A stretch of DNA of 64,000 bases from Acidobacteriota bacterium (GTDB lineage: Bacteria; Acidobacteriota; UBA890; WLXD01). Below the pieces are notes generated by a model, which did not search any database, was not told where the DNA came from, and saw only the letters and a list, made by a program, of their open reading frames with translations. Numbering within the stretch: the stretch's first letter is position 1; each line of letters starts with the position of its first letter. Positions 47,996 through 58,946 of the stretch are shown here, in pieces. The translations under genes and the position numbers were made by a program. Where the stretch lies: assembly GCA_965205505.1 (NCBI GenBank), contig CBDBHB010000009.1, positions 1,824,001 to 1,888,000 on the forward strand, read 5' to 3'.

Positions 47996-50727
47996 TGCGC
48001 CCCACTGCGCGGGATCCGCTCACCGTCCGATTCGTGGGGCACCTGTTCGCCTTGGCGACCCGTCTACTTCCGACACGTTTTCGCCGGAGTCACGATGCAG
48101 AGCTGCGAGAGATGTTCGTGTTGATGGCTCGACAAGCGCATCTGCGCCGCGGGGCCGCGGGTGTGGTGATTGCCGGACTACGCTCAGCGCTCGATGTCGC
48201 CATGCGCGCTCCCCGGGAGCACAGGGCGGCGCGCGCCGGCTACCGCGTTGGCAGCTTTTCTGACCTCGGCGCCGGCGCGTTCTCCAACCTGGCGACGGAT
48301 ACCCGGCACGCTCTGAAGGCGCTGCTCAAGAGCCCCGTGTACACGAGCGTGGTCGTGACCACACAGGCGCTGGGGATTGGGGTCAACACGGCGATGTTCG
48401 GCATCGTGAACGCGGTCTTGCTGCGACCGCTGTCGTTTTTCGAGCCCGATCGATTGGTCGTGTTCCGTGGCATGCTGGACGGCGCTCCGACCGACAGCGG
48501 AACGATCGCCTACCTGAACTTCATCGACGCGCGCCAACGAGCGACTAGCCTGGATTCGTCGGCTGCCTACGACGAGTGGCGCGTCAACATCACCGGAACC
48601 GCCGAGCCCCAGCGGCTTGATGGCGCTACGGTGAATGCGGAGTTCTTCGACGTGCTCGGCGTGCGCCCGCAGCTGGGGCGTTTCTTTCTCGCCGAAGAGG
48701 ACGTCGCCGGCAACGATCGGGTCGTCGTTCTCAGCCACGGTCTGTGGCAGCGCAAATTCGGGGGCAACGCCAGCGCCATCGGCACCGAGGTTCAGCTCAA
48801 CGGCAATCCGCACGTTGTGGTGGGGGTAGCCCCGGTCGATTTCGAGGATCCCCTGTTGTCTGGCGGCGCTTGGAAGGCGCCGGAGATTTGGCGGCCGCTG
48901 GGATTCTTCGGGGCTCTGGCTGAGGATCAGCCATCGCGAGGCTCGAGCTCCTACACCGCGATTGGGAGACTCGCCGTAGGCATCTCCCTGAGTGAAGCGC
49001 GCACCGAGCTCCAGGGCATCGCGGCGCAGCTGGAGAGCGCCTACCCTGACAACAACGCCGGGGTGGGAATGACCCTGATATCCCAACAGCGCGGCATGGT
49101 GGGCAGCGCGCGACCTTCATTGCTTCTTCTGTTCGCGGCGGTCGGCTTGGTAATGGCGATCGCAGTGGTAAATGTCGCCAGTCTGGTGCTGACGCGGGCG
49201 GCGGATCGAGGCCGCGACACGGCCCTGCGTATCGCGCTTGGAGCCAGCCACCGCCGCCTGGGCCAGCTCTTTCTAGCCGAGGGGCTGTTGCTGAGCGGCC
49301 TCGGGGGCGGGCTCGGCATCGCGCTGGCGGTCGGGCTTGCGAGGCTGTTCGTCGGGCTTGCAGGCGGTAGCTTACCGCGCGCCGCCTCGGTTCAGATCGA
49401 TCCCTCGGTGCTCGCGTTCACCGCCGCGGTCACCATACTCACCGGCTTGGCCTGCGGGGTTTCGCCGATGTTGCGGAGCTTCCGACTCGACCTGCAGACG
49501 GCGCTGCATGTGGGTGGCAAGGGGGTTGCGCTACGCGGCGGCGATCGCGGCGCCCGGCGCGCCCTGGTGGTGGCCGAGGTGGCATTCGCCCTGGTTCTGC
49601 TCGTCGGTGCCGGGCTGCTCATACGAAGCTTTTGGAACCTGACGCACGTGGAGCATGGGATCGAATCGTCGAATCTACTGTTTTTCGACATCTCGCTGCC
49701 GGCCGGCGATTATCCGGATGCCGCCGACTCAACGGGGTTCTTCACGAGGCTGACTGCAGAGCTCGAGCGTGAGCCCGGCATAGAGGCCGCTGCGAGCGTC
49801 AACATCCTGCCGCTGTCGGGGAATTTCGACGGCGTCGGTCATCGCGCCGCCGACCGGCCGCCGCCGCCGCCGAACCAGTGGCGCAGCCCGCAGGTGCGCA
49901 CCGTCACGCCCGGCTATTTCGCGGTAATGGGGATCGAGCTGGTGTCGGGGCGACTGCTAAACGAGCGCGACGTGCCCGACAGTGAGCGCGTCGCCGTTGT
50001 CAATGAGACGTTCGCCGAGGAGCTCTGGCCGGGCGAGGATCCGCTGGGTCGCGAGCTGCTCAACTACGAAGACAGTCCCATCACCGTCGTAGGGGTCGTC
50101 AAAGGCGTCAAGCACCTGCAGCTGGACGAGGCGCCCGAACCGGCGATGTATGTCGCCCACCCTCAGGGAATCATCCCCTGGCATACGCGGCGGGGCACGT
50201 TGGTGGCCAAGACCGCGAGCCGGGCGCTGGATCAGGTGGCGGCGGCGCGAGCCGTGGTGCAAGGAATCGACCCGAACCTGCCGGTAGCCGATCTCCGAAC
50301 GATGGACGGCGTGTTGGACGCCGCCGTTGCCTCACCGCGATTTCGCACCATGCTGCTGACATCGTTCGCCGCTCTGGCGCTCACCCTGGCGGTGATCGGG
50401 GTCTATGGGGTCATCGCGTATTCCGTATCTCATCGGCTTCGAGAGGTCGCCATTCGACTGGCGCTCGGCGGCCAGCGCCGGCAGGTACTCAGCCACCTGC
50501 TCCGCGACAGTTTGAGTCCGGTCTGGCTCGGGGTTGCCCTGGGCCTCGGCCTCTCGGTTGCGATGGCCCGTCTGCTCGAAGGCATGCTCTTCGGCGTGCC
50601 GCCGTTGGATCTGGCGGCCTTCGCCACGGTCGCGGTGTTGTTGACCGGGATCGCCACGACGGCGGCGTGGATACCCGCCCGCCGCGCTCTGCGAGTGGAT
50701 CCGATGACGACGCTGCGAGACGAGTGA
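47992..50727 (+). CDS. ADOP-family duplicated orphan ABC permease
   Basis: DTRHALKAL, GIGVNTAMFGIVNAVLLRPL, AEVAFALVLLVGAGLL, PARRALRVDP. Confidence 0.92.
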   Translation: MMRPTARDPLTVRFVGHLFALATRLLPTRFRRSHDAELREMFVLMARQAHLRRGAAGVVIAGLRSALDVAMRAPREHRAARAGYRVGSFSDLGAGAFSNLATDTRHALKALLKSPVYTSVVVTTQALGIGVNTAMFGIVNAVLLRPLSFFEPDRLVVFRGMLDGAPTDSGTIAYLNFIDARQRATSLDSSAAYDEWRVNITGTAEPQRLDGATVNAEFFDVLGVRPQLGRFFLAEEDVAGNDRVVVLSHGLWQRKFGGNASAIGTEVQLNGNPHVVVGVAPVDFEDPLLSGGAWKAPEIWRPLGFFGALAEDQPSRGSSSYTAIGRLAVGISLSEARTELQGIAAQLESAYPDNNAGVGMTLISQQRGMVGSARPSLLLLFAAVGLVMAIAVVNVASLVLTRAADRGRDTALRIALGASHRRLGQLFLAEGLLLSGLGGGLGIALAVGLARLFVGLAGGSLPRAASVQIDPSVLAFTAAVTILTGLACGVSPMLRSFRLDLQTALHVGGKGVALRGGDRGARRALVVAEVAFALVLLVGAGLLIRSFWNLTHVEHGIESSNLLFFDISLPAGDYPDAADSTGFFTRLTAELEREPGIEAAASVNILPLSGNFDGVGHRAADRPPPPPNQWRSPQVRTVTPGYFAVMGIELVSGRLLNERDVPDSERVAVVNETFAEELWPGEDPLGRELLNYEDSPITVVGVVKGVKHLQLDEAPEPAMYVAHPQGIIPWHTRRGTLVAKTASRALDQVAAARAVVQGIDPNLPVADLRTMDGVLDAAVASPRFRTMLLTSFAALALTLAVIGVYGVIAYSVSHRLREVAIRLALGGQRRQVLSHLLRDSLSPVWLGVALGLGLSVAMARLLEGMLFGVPPLDLAAFATVAVLLTGIATTAAWIPARRALRVDPMTTLRDE

Positions 50728-50771
50728 GGTCTATCGGCTCGCACATTGCCACGGCGCCAGCTGACGCTTCT

Positions 50772-52331
50772 CTAGGCTGATACCAAATAGCCGCGCGCCC
50801 GGCGTTCGTATTCGCGCACCTGGTCTTGCGCCCAGCGCTCGTCGCGGTCCAACTCGCGCGACAGAATGGCTGCGACCGTCGGTGCTGCCTCGATGCTGGC
50901 ACGGGCGTTCAGCAGCAGCATGCGTGTGCGGCGCGCGAGGACGTCGTGAACGGTTCGCGCCATCTCCTCGCGCACTGCCCAGATGACCTCGCAGGCACGG
51001 TGCTCGAAGCTCGGATGAAGGAGCGCTGCGCAATTGGGATCCGATGCCGCGAGCTGTTCGATCGCCGTTGCGTCGGAGCCATAGGGCGCCAGCCTCCCGA
51101 AGCGCTCGGCGTGTGCATGGTAGCCATGCGCGTTGATCTCACTGGTGACGCATGGCCGGGTTGGAAGGCCTCCAACTACCGCGGCCTGGTCGATGGTGTC
51201 CTGGGCCATTTTTCGATAGGTGGTCCATTTGCCCCCAGCGATGGTTACCAGCCCCGAGCGTGAGACGCTGACGGTGTGGTCGCGTGAGATCTCGGCGGTC
51301 GATTCGGCGCCGCCCGAGCGCACCAGCGGCCGCAGGCCAGCGAAGACACTGAGCACGTCGCTCGCCTGCGGATCACGCGTCAAGTAGCGGGCGCAATGAC
51401 GCAACAGGAAATCGACCTCGTCCGGAAACGGCCGCGGCTCCGACTCGATCGATTCGACCGGTGTATCGGTAGTGCCCACCAGCACGCGCCCGTGCCAGGG
51501 AATGGCGAACAGCACCCGTCCGTCGTCGGTGTGCGGCACCATGATGGCGCTGTCGCCCGGCAGGAAATTGCGATCGAGCACGATGTGTATGCCCTGACTG
51601 GCGCGGATGATCGGGGTTACTGCTGCGTCGTCGAGGCGGCGGATCGAGTCAGAGAAGACCCCGGTGGCGTTGACCACCGAGCGAGCGCGGATCTCACGCC
51701 GGCCGGCGCTCTCGAGGTCCTCGACAACCAGCCCATCGATCAAGCTGTCGCGGTGGAGCAGCTCGGTCACGGCGGCGTAGTTGAGCAGCGCGGCGCCCTG
51801 CTTGGCGGCCGTCTGCGCCAGGTTGATGGCAAGCCTGGCGTCGTCGAATTGGCCGTCGAAGTACAAGACACCGCCGCGCAGCCCCTCGGTCTCGATCGTC
51901 GGGATGCGCTCGATGGTCTGCTCCCTGGACAGGATCCTCGATGTGCCGAACCCGAGCTTGCCCGCCAACAGGTCGTAGACCTTCAAGCCGATGCCGTAGA
52001 ACGGCGCTTCCCACCAGTCGTAGTTGGGCACCACGAACTGTAAGTCGTGTACCAGGTGAGGGGCGTTGCGACGTAGCAGCCCGCGCTCGTGGAGTGCCTC
52101 GGTAACCAGCGCCACGTCGCCACGTTGGAGATAGCGCACGCCGCCGTGAGCGAGCTTGGTACTGCGGCTCGAGGTGCCCGAGGCGAAATCGGCCCGTTCT
52201 AGCAGCAGCGTGCGGTAGCCGCGCGCTGCAGCGTCTACAGCGCATCCCAGGCCGGTGGCCCCGCCTCCCACGACGACGATGTCCCAGCGCCCCGGCTCGT
52301 CGAGCCGACGCAGCATCGTGTCGCGGTTCAC
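50772..52331 (-). CDS. glpD: FAD-dependent glycerol-3-phosphate dehydrogenase
   Basis: [42 protein letters not shown]. Confidence 0.95.
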   Translation of the reverse strand: MNRDTMLRRLDEPGRWDIVVVGGGATGLGCAVDAAARGYRTLLLERADFASGTSSRSTKLAHGGVRYLQRGDVALVTEALHERGLLRRNAPHLVHDLQFVVPNYDWWEAPFYGIGLKVYDLLAGKLGFGTSRILSREQTIERIPTIETEGLRGGVLYFDGQFDDARLAINLAQTAAKQGAALLNYAAVTELLHRDSLIDGLVVEDLESAGRREIRARSVVNATGVFSDSIRRLDDAAVTPIIRASQGIHIVLDRNFLPGDSAIMVPHTDDGRVLFAIPWHGRVLVGTTDTPVESIESEPRPFPDEVDFLLRHCARYLTRDPQASDVLSVFAGLRPLVRSGGAESTAEISRDHTVSVSRSGLVTIAGGKWTTYRKMAQDTIDQAAVVGGLPTRPCVTSEINAHGYHAHAERFGRLAPYGSDATAIEQLAASDPNCAALLHPSFEHRACEVIWAVREEMARTVHDVLARRTRMLLLNARASIEAAPTVAAILSRELDRDERWAQDQVREYERRARGYLVSA

Positions 52332-53824
52332 GACCCCTCGCGGACCCAGCCGCGGGACCGCTCTACCGCTTTGCTCCAGCCAGAGCGCATCGCAGCCACT
52401 TCTTCATCCGCTAGTTGTGGCTCGAAGCGAGATTCGATGCCCCATCGGCGAGCGAGCTCGTCGGTGTTGTCCCATACACCGGTCGCTAGCCCCGCCAGGT
52501 AGGCGGCGCCGAGCGCCGTCGATTCGAGCTGCGTGGGGCGCACTACGCGGGCACCGATGAGGTTTGCCTGGATCTGCAGGAGTAGATCGTTGGCCGCCGC
52601 GCCGCCGTCGACACGCAGCGACGGAATCTGTACGCCGGAGTCGGCTACCATCGCCTCGAGCACGTCGGCGACCTGGTGGGCAATGCCCTCGAGGGTGGCT
52701 CGAGCCAGGTGGGCCGCACTGGTGCCGCGGGTGATCCCGAGCACGGCGCCGCGCGCATAGGCATCCCAATGCGGCGCCCCGAGGCCGGCAAAAGCCGGGA
52801 CGCAATACACGCCATCGCTGTCGTCCACCTGCGCCGCCAGCGTCTCTACATCCGCCGCCGAGTCGATGATTCCGAGGCCATCGCGCAGCCATTGCACCGC
52901 CGCTCCGCCAATGAACACCGAGCCTTCGAGCGCGTATGTCGTCTGCCCGCCGAGCCGCCATGCGACAGTCGTGAGCAGTCCATTGTCCGACGCTACCGGC
53001 TCGGCCCCCGTATTCATGAGCAGGAAGCAGCCGGTACCGTAGGTGTTCTTGGACATGCCGGGTTGCACGCACATCTGACCGAACAGCGCCGCCTGCTGAT
53101 CGCCGGCAATGCCGGCCACCGGGATGGCGGCACCGAGTAGGTCAGGATCGGTTTCGCCGTACACCTCGCTCGAGTCGCGTACGGTGGGGAGCACCGCGGC
53201 GGGCACATCGAGGGCGGCCAGTAGCTCCGGGTGCCAGGTCTGCGTGTGAATATCGAACAGGAGTGTGCGCGAGGCATTGCTGGCGTCGGTGGCGTGAACC
53301 CGGCCCCCGGTCAGGTTCCAGAGCAACCAGGAGTCGACCGTGCCGAATGCCAATTCGCCCGACTCGGCAAGTTGGCGCGCCCCGTCAACGTGATCGAGCA
53401 GCCATGCCACCTTCGTACCGGAGAAGTACGGGTCGATCTGCAAGCCCGTGCACTCTCGGAACAACGTCGCCGTCGACCCGGATCGAAGCTCATCGCAACG
53501 CTCCGCCGTGCGCCGATCCTGCCAGACGATGGCGTTGTGGATCGGCTCACCGGTAGCACGGTCCCACAGCACGGTGGTCTCGCGCTGGTTGGTGATGCCG
53601 ATCGCGGCGATCTGGTGCGCCGTCAGTCCGGCGGAGGCGAGAGCATCTCGCGCCACGGCGAGCTGGGTTCGCCATATCTCCGACGCGTCATGCTCTACCC
53701 AGCCCGGGCGCGGGAAGATCTGTTCGAACTCCTGCTGCGCCTGGCCGAGCGCGAGCCCGTCGGCGTCGAAAACGATCGCACGGCTGCTGGTGGTTCCCTG
53801 GTCGAGCGCGAGAACGTTGCCCAT
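52328..53824 (-). CDS. glpK: Glycerol kinase
   Basis: [43 protein letters not shown]. Confidence 0.97.
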   Translation of the reverse strand: MGNVLALDQGTTSSRAIVFDADGLALGQAQQEFEQIFPRPGWVEHDASEIWRTQLAVARDALASAGLTAHQIAAIGITNQRETTVLWDRATGEPIHNAIVWQDRRTAERCDELRSGSTATLFRECTGLQIDPYFSGTKVAWLLDHVDGARQLAESGELAFGTVDSWLLWNLTGGRVHATDASNASRTLLFDIHTQTWHPELLAALDVPAAVLPTVRDSSEVYGETDPDLLGAAIPVAGIAGDQQAALFGQMCVQPGMSKNTYGTGCFLLMNTGAEPVASDNGLLTTVAWRLGGQTTYALEGSVFIGGAAVQWLRDGLGIIDSAADVETLAAQVDDSDGVYCVPAFAGLGAPHWDAYARGAVLGITRGTSAAHLARATLEGIAHQVADVLEAMVADSGVQIPSLRVDGGAAANDLLLQIQANLIGARVVRPTQLESTALGAAYLAGLATGVWDNTDELARRWGIESRFEPQLADEEVAAMRSGWSKAVERSRGWVREGS

Positions 53825-53845
53825 TGGTGCCTCCGATCGTGGCCG

Positions 53846-54027
53846 TTAGCGGCCCGTGGTGAAAGTGTGATGGCCTGGCGTAACCCTTCGGGCAAGTGGG
53901 AGTCACGGGCGAATGGCGACGTCGTTCCTGCTCGACGATGGCTCCAGCATCGCCTCGTCGTCGATCCTTGCCCTCGCCCGTAAGTCCCACTTGCCAGACC
54001 CACCACACTTTCACCACGGCCTGCTAG
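53846..54027. mobile_element. Family-A MITE, single-module variant (182 bp)
   Basis: Left end TTAGCGGCCCGTGGTGAAAGTGTG; right end CCAGACCCACCACACTTTCACCACGGCCTGCTAG; internal module homologous to 9330-9450. Confidence 0.88.
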
Positions 54028-54044
54028 GCCCTTCAAGGTAGACG

Positions 54045-55967
54045 TCAGATACTGCCGGCGAGGATCTCCTCGGACGGATCGAGCCGGTCCCAGAGACTAC
54101 CGCCAACCCCGGCGATCGCAACAACGACGGCGAGAATCGGCGCGGCGCCGGCGATCCCCAGCACGGGCAACTCCCAGGCGCTGAGCGGGATCTCCCAGAG
54201 CCAAATCTGCGTAGCGAGCGTGGCGCCGATCACCAGCACGCCCGGAGCAAGGCCGAAGAACAGCGCGATGGATAGCCCCATGAACACCAGCAGGTTGTGG
54301 CCAAACTGGGAAGCCGCTTGCTTCTTCAGGCCGAGCGGGACCCATCCGGGGAATGTTAGCGCTGCGAGGTTCTCGAGGCCGATCGAAAGCAACGCAACCG
54401 TCAGGCTCAGCGGCAGCACCCCCAGCACGACCAGAGGGGTGAGCAGCATCGGCGAGACACCGAGCCCTGCCGCCAGATCTGTCTTGGCGGCCGCCTCCCA
54501 GAGTCCCGACGACTCGGCGGGCCCGGCGCCATTGGCGAAGTTGATCAGGCCGAGCTCGATGGCTGTATCAACGCTCACCAGCAGCAGGGCGCCGAATCCA
54601 ACGCGCATGGCTATCAGGATAAACGGCGCGGCGACCTGAGCCAGGAACATGCGTGCTCCGGGCAGTGGCCAGGGCCGGATCATCTCGAGCTTGAGCAGAT
54701 CGGTGCGCAGGTCGTTGCGCAGCGTACGGGCGGAAAACAAGGGCGGGAAGATCATCAGGGCGGCGCCGCCGATCTGCAGCACGCCGACCCATCGCGCCGG
54801 TAAGAACCCGGTCGGAACGGTGACGATCAACAGCGCGATCAAGGCTATACCGGCGGCGAACAGCGTCTTGAACGGAAGCCGCTGCACGAGCATCACGTTC
54901 TTCCAAACGATGGCCATCTCGGGCCTGCTGCGCGGTGTCAAAGGGAACGGCCGCCACTGCCGTCGACGCTGCGATCGGCGCCAAAGTCGAGCGCTGGGGT
55001 CAGCGTCGCGGCCGCGTTGCCTCGCATGTTCGAGGGCGGCCTCCTCGAAGCGCGCCTGCCCACGCACTACCCATTCGTTGTGCGCCAGCAACAACAGCAA
55101 CGGAATCGCCCAGGCGGCCAGCAGCTGGATGGGACTCGTTGCCCCGATGCCGGCAAAGACGGGGGCGATGAACAACAGGAACGGGGTCAGCGCCCAGCCG
55201 AGAGGTCCGCCCCATGCGTTGTCGGCGTGCACGGAGGCGATCTCGACCAGCACGTTCAGGCCGTCGCGGCTCAGTGCTGTCGGGGTGGCGGGCGCCGCTA
55301 GAACCTCCAAGAAAACTGCATTCAGACCAGCGATCACGAGGACCCACCAGACGAGCAGTGTGGCCCACAGCAGGATCCGGCCCCGCCAGGCGGCGCCGCG
55401 CGGCATCTCGGCCAGACGTGCTAGCCACAGGCCCCGGCCTTTCGAGTGCAGATCCCAGATGCTCATCAAGATCCAGACCGCTGCGAACGTGGCCAGGGCG
55501 GTGCCGATCCCACGCGGCCGTGAAAAAAAGGTCACGATCGCTACCCCGAATAGCACTCCAGGCTGACTGCGTAGAACGCCGTACTGGATCAGGCGGCGGC
55601 GCGGCACCGGGGCAGGCAGCAGCAGGTGTAGCTCGGATTCACTGAACTGCAGCGCGTTCCTGCCGAAGGGCACCAGCCACCAAAGGGTGATACCGCCGGC
55701 AAGCAGCAACGCGATGCTGAGCTGCAAGGCTCTGCCGAGCGGGCCTGCGAGCGACTCCAACGCTTCGGCCGGCAATCCGAACTGCACATCCCCCGAGAAA
55801 TCGAGGCCTACAGGCGACCTCCCAAACACGCCCGACAACCAGAACGCCACCCATCCGGCCCCTATGAGGAAGCCGAGCAGGTAACGCGGCTCGCGCAGGC
55901 ACCGTAGCGCTTGGACGATGCGCCCCCGGGCGGACCTCACGAGCAGGAAGAGCAACGCTCGCGTCAA
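54045..55967 (-). CDS. Putative ABC exporter permease
   Basis: Multi-TM protein with FSESELHLLLPAPV and LRNDLRTDL motifs, translationally coupled to an ABC ATPase. Confidence 0.82.
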   Translation of the reverse strand: MTRALLFLLVRSARGRIVQALRCLREPRYLLGFLIGAGWVAFWLSGVFGRSPVGLDFSGDVQFGLPAEALESLAGPLGRALQLSIALLLAGGITLWWLVPFGRNALQFSESELHLLLPAPVPRRRLIQYGVLRSQPGVLFGVAIVTFFSRPRGIGTALATFAAVWILMSIWDLHSKGRGLWLARLAEMPRGAAWRGRILLWATLLVWWVLVIAGLNAVFLEVLAAPATPTALSRDGLNVLVEIASVHADNAWGGPLGWALTPFLLFIAPVFAGIGATSPIQLLAAWAIPLLLLLAHNEWVVRGQARFEEAALEHARQRGRDADPSARLWRRSQRRRQWRPFPLTPRSRPEMAIVWKNVMLVQRLPFKTLFAAGIALIALLIVTVPTGFLPARWVGVLQIGGAALMIFPPLFSARTLRNDLRTDLLKLEMIRPWPLPGARMFLAQVAAPFILIAMRVGFGALLLVSVDTAIELGLINFANGAGPAESSGLWEAAAKTDLAAGLGVSPMLLTPLVVLGVLPLSLTVALLSIGLENLAALTFPGWVPLGLKKQAASQFGHNLLVFMGLSIALFFGLAPGVLVIGATLATQIWLWEIPLSAWELPVLGIAGAAPILAVVVAIAGVGGSLWDRLDPSEEILAGSI

Positions 55968-56708
55968 GACGTGTCATCCAGCCCGGTGGCGCGCAGGAAG
56001 ATCTCTTCCAGGTCGGCATCGCCCGAGAGATCGGGGACCGCGGCGCGGATCTCGTCGAGGGTGCCGGCGACCGCGCGTCGGCCATTGTTGATGATCAGGA
56101 TGCGCCCGCAGATCTCTTCCACCAGGTGCAGCATGTGTGACGAGATCAGCACCGCCGCGCCTGCCGCCGCCGTGGCGATGATGGTGCGTTTGGTGCGGCG
56201 CATCGCCGCCGGGTCGAGCCCGGTGAGCGGCTCGTCGAGGATCAGTACCTTCGGTGAGTGTAACAACGCGCACGACAGCAGGAGCTTCTGCTTCATGCCG
56301 CGCGACAGCTCGCCGGGGAACGCGTGGCGGCGATCCCCCAGCGCGTTTTCGCGCAGCAACTTCTCGGCGCGCGAGGTGCTCTCGGCAACGTCGTACAGAC
56401 GAGCGAACAGCTCGAGGTGATCGGAGACCGTCAGGTGGTCGAACAAGTGCGGCTCGTCCGGAACGAAGGCCAATCCTCGCCGCGCCTCGACGGGTGCTTC
56501 GGTCAGATCGTGGCCAGCAATATGAATGCGGCCGGAGGTTAGCCGGTACAATTCCGGCGAGGCATCTCAACGTGGTGGTCTTGCCAGCGCCGTTGGGACC
56601 CACGAGACCGAGTATCTCGCCGCCGGCCACGCTGATCGACAGGCTGTCGACAGCACGGTGTCCAGCGTAGTCTTTTACCAGCTCATCGATTTGAATCAGC
56701 GCGTCCAC
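55964..56708 (-). CDS. ABC transporter ATP-binding protein, frameshifted near 56545
   Basis: Walker A GPNGAGKTT in one frame; LSRGMKQK, LILDEP and ISSH in the next. Confidence 0.88.
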
Positions 56709-56889
56709 TGGGCCATGGTACCCGCTTGGCAAGCAATGCCTCGGCACTCGGGTCGCGGTCGGTACGAGCCGACCACCGAGCGGTCGGTTGTGGCGGCCAG
56801 CCGGCCGGAGACACCGGCTGCGCCGGTGAATCGGCGTATCATCAACTCTGGAATCCGGTCCTGTGGCCCCTGTGTAGGAGATCGATCCC

Positions 56890-58185
56890 ATGCCCCCAAT
56901 AATGCTGACGCGAACTGCGACCGTCGCCCTGGCTTTCGGCTTCGCGATGCTGCTGGTGCCAGCGTCGGGTGCGAGCCCGGCGCCGCAACCGACGGCTTCG
57001 ATTGCTGGCCAGGAGACCGGGACGCGTCGCGTCGTCGCGGTGGGCGACATCCACGGCGCCTACGACGAGCTGGTTTCGGTGCTTCAAGTTGCGGGCATCG
57101 TCGACGACGATCTGAAGTGGAGCGGCGGCGACACCGTGTTCGTTCAGACGGGCGACTTCATGGACCGCGGTGCCGGCGTGCGCCAGGTGATGGACTTGCT
57201 GATGCGGCTACAAGGGGAGGCGCCCGACTCCGGTGGCGAGGTGGTCGTGTTGCTCGGCAACCACGAGGTCATGAACCTGATCGGCGAGTTTCGCGACGCG
57301 ACCGACGAGCAGATGGCGAGGTTTTCCGGCGGTGAGGACGCGGACGACGTTCTCGATAGTGCATGGGACGAGCTGCAGCGCGTAATCGAGTCAACGTCGA
57401 CCGGTAGGATGTCGTCCCGGCGGCGTCGCGATCTGCGCAACAGCTGGCAGGAGAACACATCGGCCGAACGTATTGCATATGTCCGCGCCCTCGGACCGGG
57501 TGGGTCGTATGGCGCCTGGCTCAGGACCCTGCCCTTGTCTGCCACGATCGACGGCATCGTCTTTATGCACGCCGGTGTGGCGCCCGAGCACTCCGGACGA
57601 GGGCTCGAGGTTCTCAACCAGCGGGTTGCCGCCGAGATTGCCGCCCTTGACGCGTACAGGGAGGCACTGCTAGAGGCTCGCCTGGTGACCTCGTTCGGGG
57701 AGCTGAGGGATGTCATACGGGCTGCCATGCAACAGACCGGTGGGCTCGAGTGGCTCGACCGCGCGAAAACAGGTCTGCCGGAGCTTTCGGGTGCGAGCGG
57801 TGATTCTGAGGACGACAAGAGGGCCTGGTATGAAGCGCTTTTTCGCATTCAGCAGTGGTACGTGCTGGCTGAGCGCGGCCCCTTGTGGTTTCGCGGGTTG
57901 GTGGCCTTGTCGGATCCGGATCACGCAGCGGTGCTCGAGGCGGTTCTTGGCGCCCTGGGGGCGCGGGCGATCGTCATCGGGCACACGCCGCAGGCCGATG
58001 GCATTGTCTCAAGGTTCGACGGCCGGCTGTTCATGATCGACACTGGCATGCTCGCCTCCGTGTACGAGGGGCGGCCGGCGGCACTCGAGATTGGCGGCGA
58101 GGGCGCCGCAGCCCTTTATGCCGACGGCACCCGGGTGGAGCTACAACGTCCCGCCATGCCGATAGCTGTCAGCGGCACCCGCTGA
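56890..58185 (+). CDS. Secreted calcineurin-like metallophosphoesterase (Shelph-like)
   Basis: Signal peptide; GDIHG, GDFMDRG, GNHE, HAG, GHT and IDTG motifs. Confidence 0.92.
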   Translation: MPPIMLTRTATVALAFGFAMLLVPASGASPAPQPTASIAGQETGTRRVVAVGDIHGAYDELVSVLQVAGIVDDDLKWSGGDTVFVQTGDFMDRGAGVRQVMDLLMRLQGEAPDSGGEVVVLLGNHEVMNLIGEFRDATDEQMARFSGGEDADDVLDSAWDELQRVIESTSTGRMSSRRRRDLRNSWQENTSAERIAYVRALGPGGSYGAWLRTLPLSATIDGIVFMHAGVAPEHSGRGLEVLNQRVAAEIAALDAYREALLEARLVTSFGELRDVIRAAMQQTGGLEWLDRAKTGLPELSGASGDSEDDKRAWYEALFRIQQWYVLAERGPLWFRGLVALSDPDHAAVLEAVLGALGARAIVIGHTPQADGIVSRFDGRLFMIDTGMLASVYEGRPAALEIGGEGAAALYADGTRVELQRPAMPIAVSGTR

Positions 58186-58205
58186 TCCTTACGAGGGCTC
58201 CGCAG

Positions 58206-58946
58206 ATGGAGGTGAACTGGCGCCGCCTGCTCGGCGCTCGGATGAGCCGCGAGCTCGCCGTGTGTGTGATCTCGGAGGGTGTTGGGACGTTTTTCCTCAC
58301 CTTCATGGTGGCGGCGGCGATCTGCACCGACTCCTACAGCGGCGGCCAGCTTGGCATTGTGGGGATAGCGCTGGCTCATGGGCTGACGTTGGCGGCCATC
58401 GTCAGCTCGCTTGGCCACGTGTCCGGGGCGCACGTCAATCCGGCGGTAACGTTGGGGGCGCTACTCGTGCGAGCTATTGAGCCGTCGCGAGCTCTCGCTT
58501 ACTTCGGAGCTCAGCTGATGGGAGCGCTCGTTGCCGGCCTGATGCTGGCGGCGACCTTCGGCGCCGACGTGTGGCAGCCTGTGCACCTCGGCGCGCCGGC
58601 GTTGGGATTCGGCGTGGCGGTGGGGACGGGCGTGTTCTTGGAGATGATACTGACGCTCGTGTTGGTGTTCGTAGTCCTGCAGATGGCGGCCGACCGGCGT
58701 GCTCCACGGCATGTGCACGGCTTGGTTATAGGTGCCACGCTGGGGGCCGCCGTGCTCGTCGGTGGTCCCTTGACGGGGGCTGCCCTCAACCCCGCCCGCG
58801 CCTTCGGGCCGGCCCTCGCCGCCGGGTACTGGGCTTCCCACTACGTATACTGGCTGGGGCCGCTGCTCGGCGGTGTGGTCGCGGCGGTGTTGAACGGCTA
58901 TCTCAGCTCTGGTGAGTCGATGAGCTTGGGTGAGGACGGGGAATGA
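58206..58946 (+). CDS. MIP-family channel (aquaporin-like)
   Basis: SGAHVNPAVT and ALNPARAFGP, YWLGPLLG. Confidence 0.94.
   Translation: MEVNWRRLLGARMSRELAVCVISEGVGTFFLTFMVAAAICTDSYSGGQLGIVGIALAHGLTLAAIVSSLGHVSGAHVNPAVTLGALLVRAIEPSRALAYFGAQLMGALVAGLMLAATFGADVWQPVHLGAPALGFGVAVGTGVFLEMILTLVLVFVVLQMAADRRAPRHVHGLVIGATLGAAVLVGGPLTGAALNPARAFGPALAAGYWASHYVYWLGPLLGGVVAAVLNGYLSSGESMSLGEDGE

Noticed and set aside
58206-58946. MIP channel as the GlpF partner of glpKD
   Set aside because: The second motif is NPARA, not the NPARD typical of glycerol facilitators, and the gene is in a separate, oppositely oriented operon.
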